Shown: positions 18,737-27,569 of the stretch, piece after piece
Layout: each line of letters opens with the position of its first letter
Numbering within the stretch: the stretch's first letter is position 1
Notes under the pieces: generated by a model
Database searches by the model: none
What the model was told of the DNA's origin: nothing
Seen by the model: the letters and a program-made list of their open reading frames with translations, nothing else
Made by a program: the position numbers and the translations under genes
Virus record (IMG/VR): IMGVR_UViG_3300030380_006483
Direction: 5' to 3' (one strand)
DNA: 64,000 nucleotides
DNA from: a virus

Positions 18737-20266
18737 ATGAATATATCAATTATAGGAGGAGGTACAGCAGGTTGGTTATCTGCTCTTCATCTAAATAAAA
18801 TAAATCCAACAGCTGATATTTCTTTAATTGAATCTAAAGATATAGGAATAGTAGGAGTTGGTGAAGGAGCAGTTCCTCTTTTTGGGGATATGTTATTAGA
18901 TCTTAATATAGACATTATTGATTTTGTTAATAGTGTTGACGGTACTTTTAAATTAGGGATTTCTTTTGAAGGTTGGAAAAATTTAGATCATAAATTTTTA
19001 TATGGGTTTCCTAATTTTAATAGTAATGATGTAGCTAATTTTGAAAAAACTAAATTTGGTTCACAGAAATATGATATATATCCTATTTTTGCAAATATGA
19101 TAGCTAATTCTCAAGATTGTAATATAATGCAAAATTCAATTTTAAGTTACTTAAATAAAGTTCCTTTTACTTTTGATGAAGAATCTAAAAATGGTATCAC
19201 CCAAGATGGAATTTCTCACGTATCTTTCCATTTTGATGCCTACAAAGCAGCTCAGTATTTTAGAAAAATTTCAGAATCTAGAGGTATAAAAAGAATTGAA
19301 GGAAAAGTTATTGATTTTAAATCTTCTAAAGACCAAAATATAAAAAGTATTATTACTGAAGATAAAAAAGAACATAAATGTGATTTTGTTTTTGATTGTA
19401 CAGGGTTTGCTAAATTAATTATAGGTAAGCACTTTAAATCAAAATGGACTAGCTATAAAAGCCACTTAACTACTAATGAAGTTATAAGTTTTAGATTAAA
19501 GTATAAAGAAAATGAAGAAGTATTTCCTTATACTAAGTCGATTACAATGAAAAATGGTTGGATGTGGCAGATTCCATTACAAAGTAGAATTGGGGCTGGG
19601 TATGTTTATGATAATAGATACATTACTGAATCTCAAGCTAAAGAAGAAGTTGAAGAATTTTTAGGTGAAGAGATAGAAATATTAAAAAAAATTAATTTTG
19701 AACCTGGAATTTTTGAAGAGGGATGGATTAAAAATTGTGTATCAATAGGTCTTTCTAGTGCCTTTGTAGAACCTTTAGAATCTACTTCTATAATGTTTAC
19801 TATTTTGCAATTAAGATTTTTTAAAAGTAAAGATTTATTAGAACCAAATGAATTACTTCAAAAAAGATATAATAAATATCAAACAAAATCATTTAAATCA
19901 ATAATTGATTTAATTCAATTACATTATTTGTGTGATAGAAATGATACTAAATTTTGGAAAGATAGAAAAAAATTACCTATAACAACTCCTTTACAAAAAC
20001 GTTTAAATGATTTTAAAAAATATCCTCTATCAGATTCAACATTTTTTGATGGTGTATGGGGGGCTTTAGGGTTTTTTGTAGTAGGATATGAAAGTAGTGT
20101 TAAAAATTTTCCTAAAAAACTCTACCAATTTTATAATAAAAAGCATAATTTTGATGGATTATTAAAAAATTGGATTAAAGATTATAAACAATATTTTGAT
20201 AATAAACTACCTAAATACTTTAAACATAAAGATTTATTAGATTATTTTAAAACAATAAAACCATGA
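18737..20266 (+). CDS. flavin-dependent (tryptophan halogenase family) enzyme
   Basis: IIGGGTAG, VGVGEG, TFKLGI (catalytic Lys position), FDCTGF, WMWQIP, FVEPLESTSI. Confidence 0.88.
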   Translation: MNISIIGGGTAGWLSALHLNKINPTADISLIESKDIGIVGVGEGAVPLFGDMLLDLNIDIIDFVNSVDGTFKLGISFEGWKNLDHKFLYGFPNFNSNDVANFEKTKFGSQKYDIYPIFANMIANSQDCNIMQNSILSYLNKVPFTFDEESKNGITQDGISHVSFHFDAYKAAQYFRKISESRGIKRIEGKVIDFKSSKDQNIKSIITEDKKEHKCDFVFDCTGFAKLIIGKHFKSKWTSYKSHLTTNEVISFRLKYKENEEVFPYTKSITMKNGWMWQIPLQSRIGAGYVYDNRYITESQAKEEVEEFLGEEIEILKKINFEPGIFEEGWIKNCVSIGLSSAFVEPLESTSIMFTILQLRFFKSKDLLEPNELLQKRYNKYQTKSFKSIIDLIQLHYLCDRNDTKFWKDRKKLPITTPLQKRLNDFKKYPLSDSTFFDGVWGALGFFVVGYESSVKNFPKKLYQFYNKKHNFDGLLKNWIKDYKQYFDNKLPKYFKHKDLLDYFKTIKP

Positions 20267-20610
20267 AATACGAAGCAGAAAGTAGACCTTGGGGAATGTA
20301 TGAAGTTTTATTAGATTCAGATGAATGTAAAGTAAAAAGAATTACAGTTGCTCCAGATTCAAAACTATCATATCAATATCACCATAAAAGACAAGAACAA
20401 TGGACGGTAATTAAAGGAAATTTAACTATCATTTTAGATGATGAAAAAGTTTTTAGATCACCTGGAGAATCAATAAAAATTCCATTAGGAGCTAGACATA
20501 GAGCTTGGAATGAAACAGATGAATTAGTACAATTTATAGAAGTTCAAACCGGAACCTATTTTGGTGAGGATGATATAGTAAGAATAGAAGACGATTATAA
20601 TAGAAAATAA
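20263..20610 (+). CDS. cupin, mannose-6-phosphate isomerase type II C-terminal-like
   Basis: RPWG.YEVL, KVKRITV, LSYQYHHKRQEQW, HRAWN, IEVQTG.YFGEDDIVR. Confidence 0.9.
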   Translation: MKYEAESRPWGMYEVLLDSDECKVKRITVAPDSKLSYQYHHKRQEQWTVIKGNLTIILDDEKVFRSPGESIKIPLGARHRAWNETDELVQFIEVQTGTYFGEDDIVRIEDDYNRK

Positions 20611-20612
20611 AT

Positions 20613-20876
20613 ATGGCATTAAAAAAACAATCAATAAGACAAGGAGTTTATGTTTTAATAGATGGAGTTAACGCTTCTAAAGAAGAACTTATTACATTAA
20701 GCGAAACATGGACCGAAAAAAAAGAAGTATTTTTTAGAAAAATGCTTCAACAAGGAGGTAATTTTAGAATGGATGGAAAAGATTTTATAGTTAAAATTAG
20801 AGAAAATCTTCAACTTAGATCAGATGGAACTAAAGATGGGGGAGTAGTTACAATCCCAGGAGGAAGAAGTTTTTAA
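20613..20876 (+). CDS. hypothetical protein
   Basis: 87-aa ORF tiled between cupin and polymerase C-part (TAATG overlap). Confidence 0.7.
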   Translation: MALKKQSIRQGVYVLIDGVNASKEELITLSETWTEKKEVFFRKMLQQGGNFRMDGKDFIVKIRENLQLRSDGTKDGGVVTIPGGRSF

Positions 20877-21799
20877 TGAAACACTTAGAGAACACCCCTT
20901 GGTATATTTGTAATGAAAATGATGAGAATCTATGTGCTTATGTAGATACTGATTCAAATTATTTTAATGCAGAACCATTACTTAATCATTTGTATCCTAA
21001 CTTTGAAGAATTATCTGATGAAGAAAAAGATTTAAAATTAGAACAAATTGCTTTAAAATACCAGGATATCATTACTGATCATTATAATTTATTAGCTAAA
21101 GAATGTTTTAATGTTGATAAACATAGATTAGAAATGAAAACCGAGTGTGTTATTCGTTCAGCTTATTTTAGAGCCAATAGACGTTATGCCCAATGGATTA
21201 CAAAACAAGAAGGTATAACTAAAGAAACATTAGATGTTAAGGGTTTAGAATATAAAAAATCTAATTTTCCAAAATTATTTGGTACATTTTTTAAAAATAT
21301 ATTAGAAGATGTTTTAAAGGGTACTGAGCAGGATGAAATTGATACCCGTATTTTAAATTTTAAGAAAAAGATATTAACAGAAATACCTATTGAACAATTA
21401 GGTAATCCAACAGGTGTAAAAACATTAAATAAATACACCGAACGTAAACCAGTTGGGGGAGAGGCATTTACTGTTATAAAAAAAGGTGCACCCGCTGCTG
21501 TTAGAGCAACAATTAAGTATAATGATTTACTTAGATATTGGAAATTAGATAGTAAACATTCACCAATTGTTCAAGGTGATAAAGTTAAATGGATCTATTT
21601 AAAGAAAAATCCATACAATATTGAGGCATTAGCTTATCTTGATTTTGATATGCCTGATAAAATTAAAGAATTTTTAGATAAATTCGCAGACAAAGAAAAA
21701 GTTTTTGATACTATATTATTAAATAAATTAGAAGGATTTTATGATGATTTAGGTTGGAGCTTAAATACAAACCCTTATGTAAACCAATTTTTTATATGA
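20876..21799 (+). CDS. family B DNA polymerase, C-terminal subunit (motif C + thumb)
   Basis: YVDTDSNY, LEMKTE, RRYA, VKGLEYKKS, QGDKVKWIYL. Confidence 0.9.
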   Translation: MKHLENTPWYICNENDENLCAYVDTDSNYFNAEPLLNHLYPNFEELSDEEKDLKLEQIALKYQDIITDHYNLLAKECFNVDKHRLEMKTECVIRSAYFRANRRYAQWITKQEGITKETLDVKGLEYKKSNFPKLFGTFFKNILEDVLKGTEQDEIDTRILNFKKKILTEIPIEQLGNPTGVKTLNKYTERKPVGGEAFTVIKKGAPAAVRATIKYNDLLRYWKLDSKHSPIVQGDKVKWIYLKKNPYNIEALAYLDFDMPDKIKEFLDKFADKEKVFDTILLNKLEGFYDDLGWSLNTNPYVNQFFI

Positions 21800-22518
21800 T
21801 TTATATTTTTGATATAGATGGGACACTAACCCCCAGTAGAAACAAAATGGATAAAAATTTCCATGATTTTTTTATGGACTTTGTTAAGATCCATAGAGTA
21901 TGGCTAATCTCAGGTAGTGACCATACTAAAACAATAGAACAAATAGGTGTTGACTTATGGACAAATGTAGAAAAAGCTTATCAATGTTCTGGTAATCAAC
22001 TTTTTCAAAGAGGTTCTTTAATTAGAACTAGTGATTGGGAATTACCTATAGCAACTAAATGGTGTTTAGAAAAATTCTTAGAACAGTCTAAATACCCACA
22101 TAGATATGGAAACCATATCGAAACTAGACCAGGTATGGTTAATTTCTCCATTGTGGGAAGACAATGTACTCAAGAACAAAGAGAAGAATACTTTAAATGG
22201 GATAATGAACATAAAGAAAGAGTTGAATTTACTAAAGAATTAAAAGAAAGATATCTTGGTTTAGATGCTGTAGTAGGTGGTGAAATTAGTATTGACATTT
22301 ATCCAAGAGGTAAAGATAAAGGACAAATCGTAGAAGAATTAGATGATAATTTTATGTTTTTTGGAGATAAATTATCACTAGGTGGCAATGATTATCCTAT
22401 TAAACATGCTTCACAACTTAAACAACTAGAAGGAAATGAATTTTTCCATGTTAGAGGTTGGAAAGACACAAGAAATATATTAACTTCCATAATACAAACA
22501 AACGCAGGAGTAGTATGA
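21796..22518 (+). CDS. HAD-IIB phosphomannomutase (eukaryote-type PMM)
   Basis: FDIDGTLT, SGSD, IETRPGMVNFSIVGR, GGEISIDIYP, FFGDK..GGNDYPI; start at 21796 by ATGA overlap. Confidence 0.85.
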   Translation: MIYIFDIDGTLTPSRNKMDKNFHDFFMDFVKIHRVWLISGSDHTKTIEQIGVDLWTNVEKAYQCSGNQLFQRGSLIRTSDWELPIATKWCLEKFLEQSKYPHRYGNHIETRPGMVNFSIVGRQCTQEQREEYFKWDNEHKERVEFTKELKERYLGLDAVVGGEISIDIYPRGKDKGQIVEELDDNFMFFGDKLSLGGNDYPIKHASQLKQLEGNEFFHVRGWKDTRNILTSIIQTNAGVV

Positions 22519-23234
22519 AAAAAAGTCATATAGTAAGTAATATACAAAAATATTTTTTAGGTGGTTTATCTAAAGGAGTTATTTGGAAAATACAAAATAA
22601 CCAAGCAGTTATTGAATTTACTACAGAAACAAAAGATACTGTAGGAAAATTATTTTTTAATATAGATCTAGATGAGTGTGAAATTGGTATAAATAATACT
22701 GATGCTTTATTACGTTTACTAAGTATAACAGATGAAGAGTTACAATTAGAATTAGATACCAAAGAAACAGGATTACCTACTAAATTAAGAATTCAAGATA
22801 AAAAATATGATTTAGATTATAATTTAAGTGATCCTAAGATTATTGAAAAAGTACCTAATGTACAAGAAATAGATTATGATTTTACTTTTAAACTAAATGA
22901 TGAATTTATTAGTAGCTTTTTAAAAGCACACAATGCATTAGAAAAAACAAATGAATTCACTTTAAATACAGCTACTACTCCACAAGGGGAAAATGTTGTA
23001 GAACTAGTAATAGGAGAGAGAGAAAGACACGCTAATAAGATTAAATTCACTGAACCTGCTGAATTTGAAACAGCAAGTGATTTATTACCATTTTCAGCAA
23101 TTGTAATTAGAGAAATACTTTCAGCTAATAAGGGTAGTGAAGGTTCGGCATCTGTAAGTAATAAAGGATTATTAAAAATTTCATTTAATACAGATGAAAG
23201 TTTAGTAGAATATTTTGTTGTAAGACAGCAATGA
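22515..23234 (+). CDS. DNA sliding clamp (T4 gp45-like)
   Basis: About 240 aa, acidic, two-domain pattern; located in the replisome block; start at 22515 by ATGA overlap. Confidence 0.65.
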   Translation: MKKSHIVSNIQKYFLGGLSKGVIWKIQNNQAVIEFTTETKDTVGKLFFNIDLDECEIGINNTDALLRLLSITDEELQLELDTKETGLPTKLRIQDKKYDLDYNLSDPKIIEKVPNVQEIDYDFTFKLNDEFISSFLKAHNALEKTNEFTLNTATTPQGENVVELVIGERERHANKIKFTEPAEFETASDLLPFSAIVIREILSANKGSEGSASVSNKGLLKISFNTDESLVEYFVVRQQ

Positions 23235-23788
23235 TAGAAAAACGTATAAAAGTTTATGATAATTTATTTTCTAGTCAATTAGAAGATATTATTGAAAAAT
23301 TATGTTTAACTCAACTTCCTTATTATTATACCCCTAATATTGCTACTGAACAACACACTATATTATCTCCTGGTTTTTCCCATTTTTTTATTAATTCCTT
23401 ATCAAAACCCCATTCTGAAAAATATACTCCCTTTTTTAATAATATATTATATACTTTATCAAATAAATTATCTATTGTAGTAGAACAAATAATAGCAGGT
23501 AGAGTATTCATGCATTTACCTTCTCCTAATCCCGGAGCTGATACTATTCATACAGATTTAGACACTCCTCATTGGGTAGCACTTTATTATATCAATGATA
23601 GTGATGGTGATACTATATTTTTTGATAATAATGAAAATGAAATTAAAAGAGTATCTCCTAAAAAAGGTAGAATTGCTTTTTTTGATGGCTCCATCCCACA
23701 TTGTAGTTCTAGACCTTCTAAAAGTACACGAGTTATAGTTAATTTTGATTTTAATGGTACATTTTTTGGAGAGGAAAAAAAGAATTAG
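23231..23788 (+). CDS. 2OG-Fe(II) oxygenase
   Basis: IHTD, ALYYINDSDGDTIFF, PKKGRIAFFDG..HCSS.P, RVIVNF. Confidence 0.82.
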   Translation: MIEKRIKVYDNLFSSQLEDIIEKLCLTQLPYYYTPNIATEQHTILSPGFSHFFINSLSKPHSEKYTPFFNNILYTLSNKLSIVVEQIIAGRVFMHLPSPNPGADTIHTDLDTPHWVALYYINDSDGDTIFFDNNENEIKRVSPKKGRIAFFDGSIPHCSSRPSKSTRVIVNFDFNGTFFGEEKKN

Positions 23789-23812
23789 TATATTTATGAT
23801 AAATAACTGAGA

Positions 23813-24310
23813 CTCTAGGGCGAGCAGTTATAGTTTTATGTTTAACCGAGTAGCTAAGGCACTCACAAATTTAATGATATGAATACATTTATTTATGAAC
23901 GTACACCGTTCGACATTTTAATTAGAAATTTTTTCCAAGACGCAAGCACATATTCTCCGCTTGCAGAAACCAAAGTTCCACATCCAGTAGATATTTACAC
24001 TTCAGATAAAGGATTATCCTTTGATATCGCTTGTACGGGAATTAGTAAAAAAGATATTGAATTAAACATTCAAGACAATCTTTTAAAAATCAATTATAAT
24101 AAACCAGAAGAAGATAAAGATGATAAAGACTATATCCATAGGGGTATTGCTAAAAGATCATTTAATCTAGGATGGAAAATTGATAATAAATTTGATTTAT
24201 CTAAAGCTACAGCTAGCTATAATGATGGGTTATTATCAATTATTATACCATTCTCAAAGGGATCAGAATTAAAAACTCTGCAAATTAAGTAAAAAAAGTT
24301 CGCCCTAGAG
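23813..24310. repeat. 11-bp GC-rich inverted repeat bracketing hsp20 (CTCTAGGGCGA 23813-23823 / TCGCCCTAGAG 24300-24310)
   Basis: Exact reverse complements; both copies are intergenic. Confidence 0.85.
23879..24292 (+). CDS. small heat-shock protein (Hsp20/alpha-crystallin)
   Basis: PVDIY, ACTGISKKDI, YIHRGIAKRSF, A.YNDGLL.I.IP. Confidence 0.92.
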   Translation: MNTFIYERTPFDILIRNFFQDASTYSPLAETKVPHPVDIYTSDKGLSFDIACTGISKKDIELNIQDNLLKINYNKPEEDKDDKDYIHRGIAKRSFNLGWKIDNKFDLSKATASYNDGLLSIIIPFSKGSELKTLQIK

Positions 24311-24311
24311 C

Positions 24312-24345
24312 TTGGTTTTTACGTGTATTTTTCGTATATTTACGG
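24312..24345 (+). promoter_or_regulatory. phage promoter TTGG-N16-TCGTATATTTACGG, copy 1
   Basis: Identical 14-mer and spacing at 56811 and 57130; resembles the Bacteroidota -33/-7 promoter. Confidence 0.8.
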
Positions 24346-24370
24346 CAATAATCAGTTATAAAACACACAT

Positions 24371-24652
24371 ATGGCAAATCCAAATTTTAAAGGTAGACCT
24401 GTTGGATCAGGTAAAAATACATTTATAGAAGACCCATTATTAGGGGATTTTAAAATAGTAATTGATGAATACAGTTATAATGTATTTGATATTACTAAAA
24501 ATAAAACTATAGGTTTTTATTCAACATTAGAACAATCAGTTTTAGCAATTGCTAGTAAACAAATGTTAGAAGATAGAACTTATAGTTTAACAGAATTCGC
24601 TAAAGAATTTAAAGAAACACATTTAAAACTTAAAGAAGCAATTTTAAAATAA
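24371..24652 (+). CDS. hypothetical protein
   Basis: 93-aa ORF after promoter; TAATG overlap with groES. Confidence 0.7.
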   Translation: MANPNFKGRPVGSGKNTFIEDPLLGDFKIVIDEYSYNVFDITKNKTIGFYSTLEQSVLAIASKQMLEDRTYSLTEFAKEFKETHLKLKEAILK

Positions 24653-24942
24653 TGAGTAAATTAAGACCAGTTAATGGAAACGTTATCCTTAGACCTATAG
24701 AGGAAGAGGAGCAAATGGCGGGAAATATTATTATTCCTGACATGGGTAAAGAAAGACCCGAAATGGGAGAAATTATAGCAATTTCAAATGTTTATAATTT
24801 TAATAAAGGTGAATATGCACCTTCAACATTAGAAGTTGGAATGAAAGTCTTAATCCCAAAAATGGGTGCACAGGCTATAACCATTGAAGGAGAAGAATAT
24901 TATATAACAGCACAAAATTCAGTGCTATCAATCGTAGAATAA
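24652..24942 (+). CDS. groES: co-chaperonin GroES
   Basis: LRPVNGNVIL, GNIIIPD mobile loop, KERPEMGEI, VGMKVL, GEEYYI. Confidence 0.92.
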   Translation: MSKLRPVNGNVILRPIEEEEQMAGNIIIPDMGKERPEMGEIIAISNVYNFNKGEYAPSTLEVGMKVLIPKMGAQAITIEGEEYYITAQNSVLSIVE

Positions 24943-26582
24943 TGACAGAAACAAGTTTCGGAACAGATTTAAAAAATAAGCTTTTAGAGGGAGTTCAAAA
25001 GTTAAATAATAGTGTAGCGTCAACATTAGGACCTGCAGGTAGAACAGTATTAATTAAAGAAGATACTGGTGAAATTAAAGTAACTAAAGATGGTGTTACT
25101 GTAGCTAAAGCATTTAAGGAATTAGAAGATCAAACTGAATCTATAGGTGCAGAATTAGCTAAAAAAGTCTCTACTAAATGTGCTAATGAGGTAGGAGATG
25201 GTACAACAACTTCAACAGTATTAGCTACTGCTATTTTAGAAGAGGGAATTAGACAAATTAATGATGGTTCTAATCCTGTTAATATTAAAAAAGGTATAGA
25301 TGAAGCTGTCACAACAGTAGTAAATAGACTAAAAGAAATGTCCACTGAAATTACTGAAGATACCCAAATTAAAGAAGTAGCAACTATATCAGGTAATAAT
25401 GATGTTGAAATAGGTAATTTAATTTCTACTGCTTTAGATAAAGTTGGTAGAGATGGAATTGTTACTATTGAAGAATCTAAAACAGGTGAAACTTCATTAG
25501 AGATAGTTGAAGGTATGCAATTTGATAGAGGTTTTAAATCTCCTTATTTTGTCACGGATAATAATACAATGCAAGCTGTATTAGATGATCCTTATGTATT
25601 AATTTTTGATGGAAGAATTACACAAGCATCAGAATTAATTAATGTATTAAATAAAGCAAGTGGTGAATCTAAACCTATTTTAATTGTAGCCGAAGATATT
25701 GATGGTGAGGCATTAGCAACATTAATTGTTAATAAAATGAGAGGTACTGTTAAAGCAGTAGCTGTTAAAGCACCAGAATTTGGAGACAGAAGAACTATGG
25801 CTTTAGAAGATTTAGCTACAGTTACAGGTGGACAAGTTTTATCTAAAAATAAAGGACATAAACTTGATAAAATGTCTCCTGTTCAATTTAATGAACTATT
25901 AGGTACAGCTAGAAAAGTAACAGTAGAAAAAGAAACTACTACTATTATAGACGGTAAAGGTGGAGAAGAAGCTATTACTTCTAGAGCTGAAGAAATTAAA
26001 ACACAACTTGATAATGCTAATTCTGCATTTGAAAAAGAAAAACTACAAGAAAGATTAGGTAAGCTAATTGGTGGTGTAGCAATTATTAATGTTGGTGGCA
26101 ATTCAGAAATTGAAATTAGAGAAAAAAAAGATAGAGTAGAGGACGCATTATTTGCTACTAAAGCTGCTTTAGATGAAGGTATTATAATAGGTGGAGGTAC
26201 TGCTTTATTATATGCTGCAAATACTATTAATGTAATTTCTGAAAACAAAGATATAGCCATTGGTAGAAGAATTGTTAAATCAGCTATACAAGAGCCATTT
26301 TTAAAGATTTTAAATAATGCTGGTCATGAAACAAATGATGTTAGATTTGCATCTTACGGATTAAGTAGTGCCGATCCTAATTTTTGGTTAGGATTAGATT
26401 ATAAAAATCTAGAAATGGTTAATTTTAAAGAATTAGGTATAATTGACCCTAAAAAAGTAACTAGAATTGCATTAGAAAATGCTGCCTCAATAGCGGGTAC
26501 TATTCTTACTACTGAATCTGTTGTTTATGAAAAAAGAACAGATAAAGAAGAAGAACCTAACCCAATGATGGGAATGATGTAA
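24942..26582 (+). CDS. groEL: chaperonin GroEL
   Basis: TLGPAGR, TKDGVTVA, GDGTTT, EGMQFDRG, KAPEFGDRR, LQERLGKLIGGVA, GM-rich tail. Confidence 0.97.
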   Translation: MTETSFGTDLKNKLLEGVQKLNNSVASTLGPAGRTVLIKEDTGEIKVTKDGVTVAKAFKELEDQTESIGAELAKKVSTKCANEVGDGTTTSTVLATAILEEGIRQINDGSNPVNIKKGIDEAVTTVVNRLKEMSTEITEDTQIKEVATISGNNDVEIGNLISTALDKVGRDGIVTIEESKTGETSLEIVEGMQFDRGFKSPYFVTDNNTMQAVLDDPYVLIFDGRITQASELINVLNKASGESKPILIVAEDIDGEALATLIVNKMRGTVKAVAVKAPEFGDRRTMALEDLATVTGGQVLSKNKGHKLDKMSPVQFNELLGTARKVTVEKETTTIIDGKGGEEAITSRAEEIKTQLDNANSAFEKEKLQERLGKLIGGVAIINVGGNSEIEIREKKDRVEDALFATKAALDEGIIIGGGTALLYAANTINVISENKDIAIGRRIVKSAIQEPFLKILNNAGHETNDVRFASYGLSSADPNFWLGLDYKNLEMVNFKELGIIDPKKVTRIALENAASIAGTILTTESVVYEKRTDKEEEPNPMMGMM

Positions 26583-26600
26583 TAATATTTATCAGTAATT

Positions 26601-27512
26601 ATGAATAAATTAATTTATGTAATATCGTTTATGCTCATAGGAATGAGTGTAAGCTGTGAGAAACAAGATTGGTTCTCACCTGAAGATGTTGACGCGATAA
26701 AGGCACAACACCAAGCTCAATTAAATGAGTTAACGTTTGCTAATAACACATTAACAACTTCAGCTGCGGATCTTACTACTCAAGTAGCGACTTTAACTAC
26801 CACAGTTGAAACGTTACAAGCAGAAGTAACATCTTTGACAACATCAAACACTACATTATCTACTGAGAATACAGCGTTAACAGCTACTAATACAGCTAAT
26901 ACAACGACTATTGCAGGTTTAAATGATGATGTAACTGCTTTGACTGCACAAGTAGATAGTTTAACAACTAATATTGCTACTTTGGATGCACAGATTGTAA
27001 CTTTAAACACTACAATAACAAACTCTGGGGCTACTAATACAGATCTAACAGCTCAAATAACAACACTAACAACTAGTGTTACTACTTTGACTGCTCAAGT
27101 TACTACATTAGAAGCTGCGGCAGATGTTTTAGAGGCTGATATATTAGCGCTTAAAAACTTTAAATCAATTAGAGATAAATTAGATGTTATGGTTGCTGCA
27201 ACTATTGCAGATACTAACCTTAATAAAGCTATTGATTCTTTATCTATTGGTTTAACTTCTACAAGCATTACCCCATCAGTATTAAAAGGATTAGTTACTA
27301 CAGAAGCTAATTGGTTATTTAATAACGCAATTACAACTGGTACTGTATCTATGACAACTTCAGCTACTACTTTTTATAACACATCTACAGATACAAATGT
27401 AGTTAATTATAAAACACTAGTTACTGAATTGACAGCTGCATGGAATGCTGCTAAAGAACCTACTTTACTTTTATGGTTTATTGAATTCGTTAAAGAATAC
27501 GAAAATCTATAA
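26601..27512 (+). CDS. lipoprotein with long Thr-rich heptad coiled-coil stalk
   Basis: Signal peptide ending SVS-C; about 19 consecutive heptads LxxxVxx/LxxxNxx. Confidence 0.8.
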   Translation: MNKLIYVISFMLIGMSVSCEKQDWFSPEDVDAIKAQHQAQLNELTFANNTLTTSAADLTTQVATLTTTVETLQAEVTSLTTSNTTLSTENTALTATNTANTTTIAGLNDDVTALTAQVDSLTTNIATLDAQIVTLNTTITNSGATNTDLTAQITTLTTSVTTLTAQVTTLEAAADVLEADILALKNFKSIRDKLDVMVAATIADTNLNKAIDSLSIGLTSTSITPSVLKGLVTTEANWLFNNAITTGTVSMTTSATTFYNTSTDTNVVNYKTLVTELTAAWNAAKEPTLLLWFIEFVKEYENL

Positions 27513-27521
27513 AAATATATT

Positions 27522-27552
27522 ATAGGGGGGCTTTGCTCCCCTATTTTATTTT
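27522..27552 (+). terminator. intrinsic terminator
   Basis: ATAGGGGGGC-TTT-GCTCCCCTAT hairpin followed by T-rich tract. Confidence 0.85.
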
Positions 27553-27569
27553 ATTATATTAATGGTTAT

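Noticed and set aside
18709-20875. Intein or group I intron splitting the polymerase
   Set aside because: No Cys/Ser start or His-Asn end motifs and no structured non-coding RNA blocks; the gap is filled by three ordinary genes
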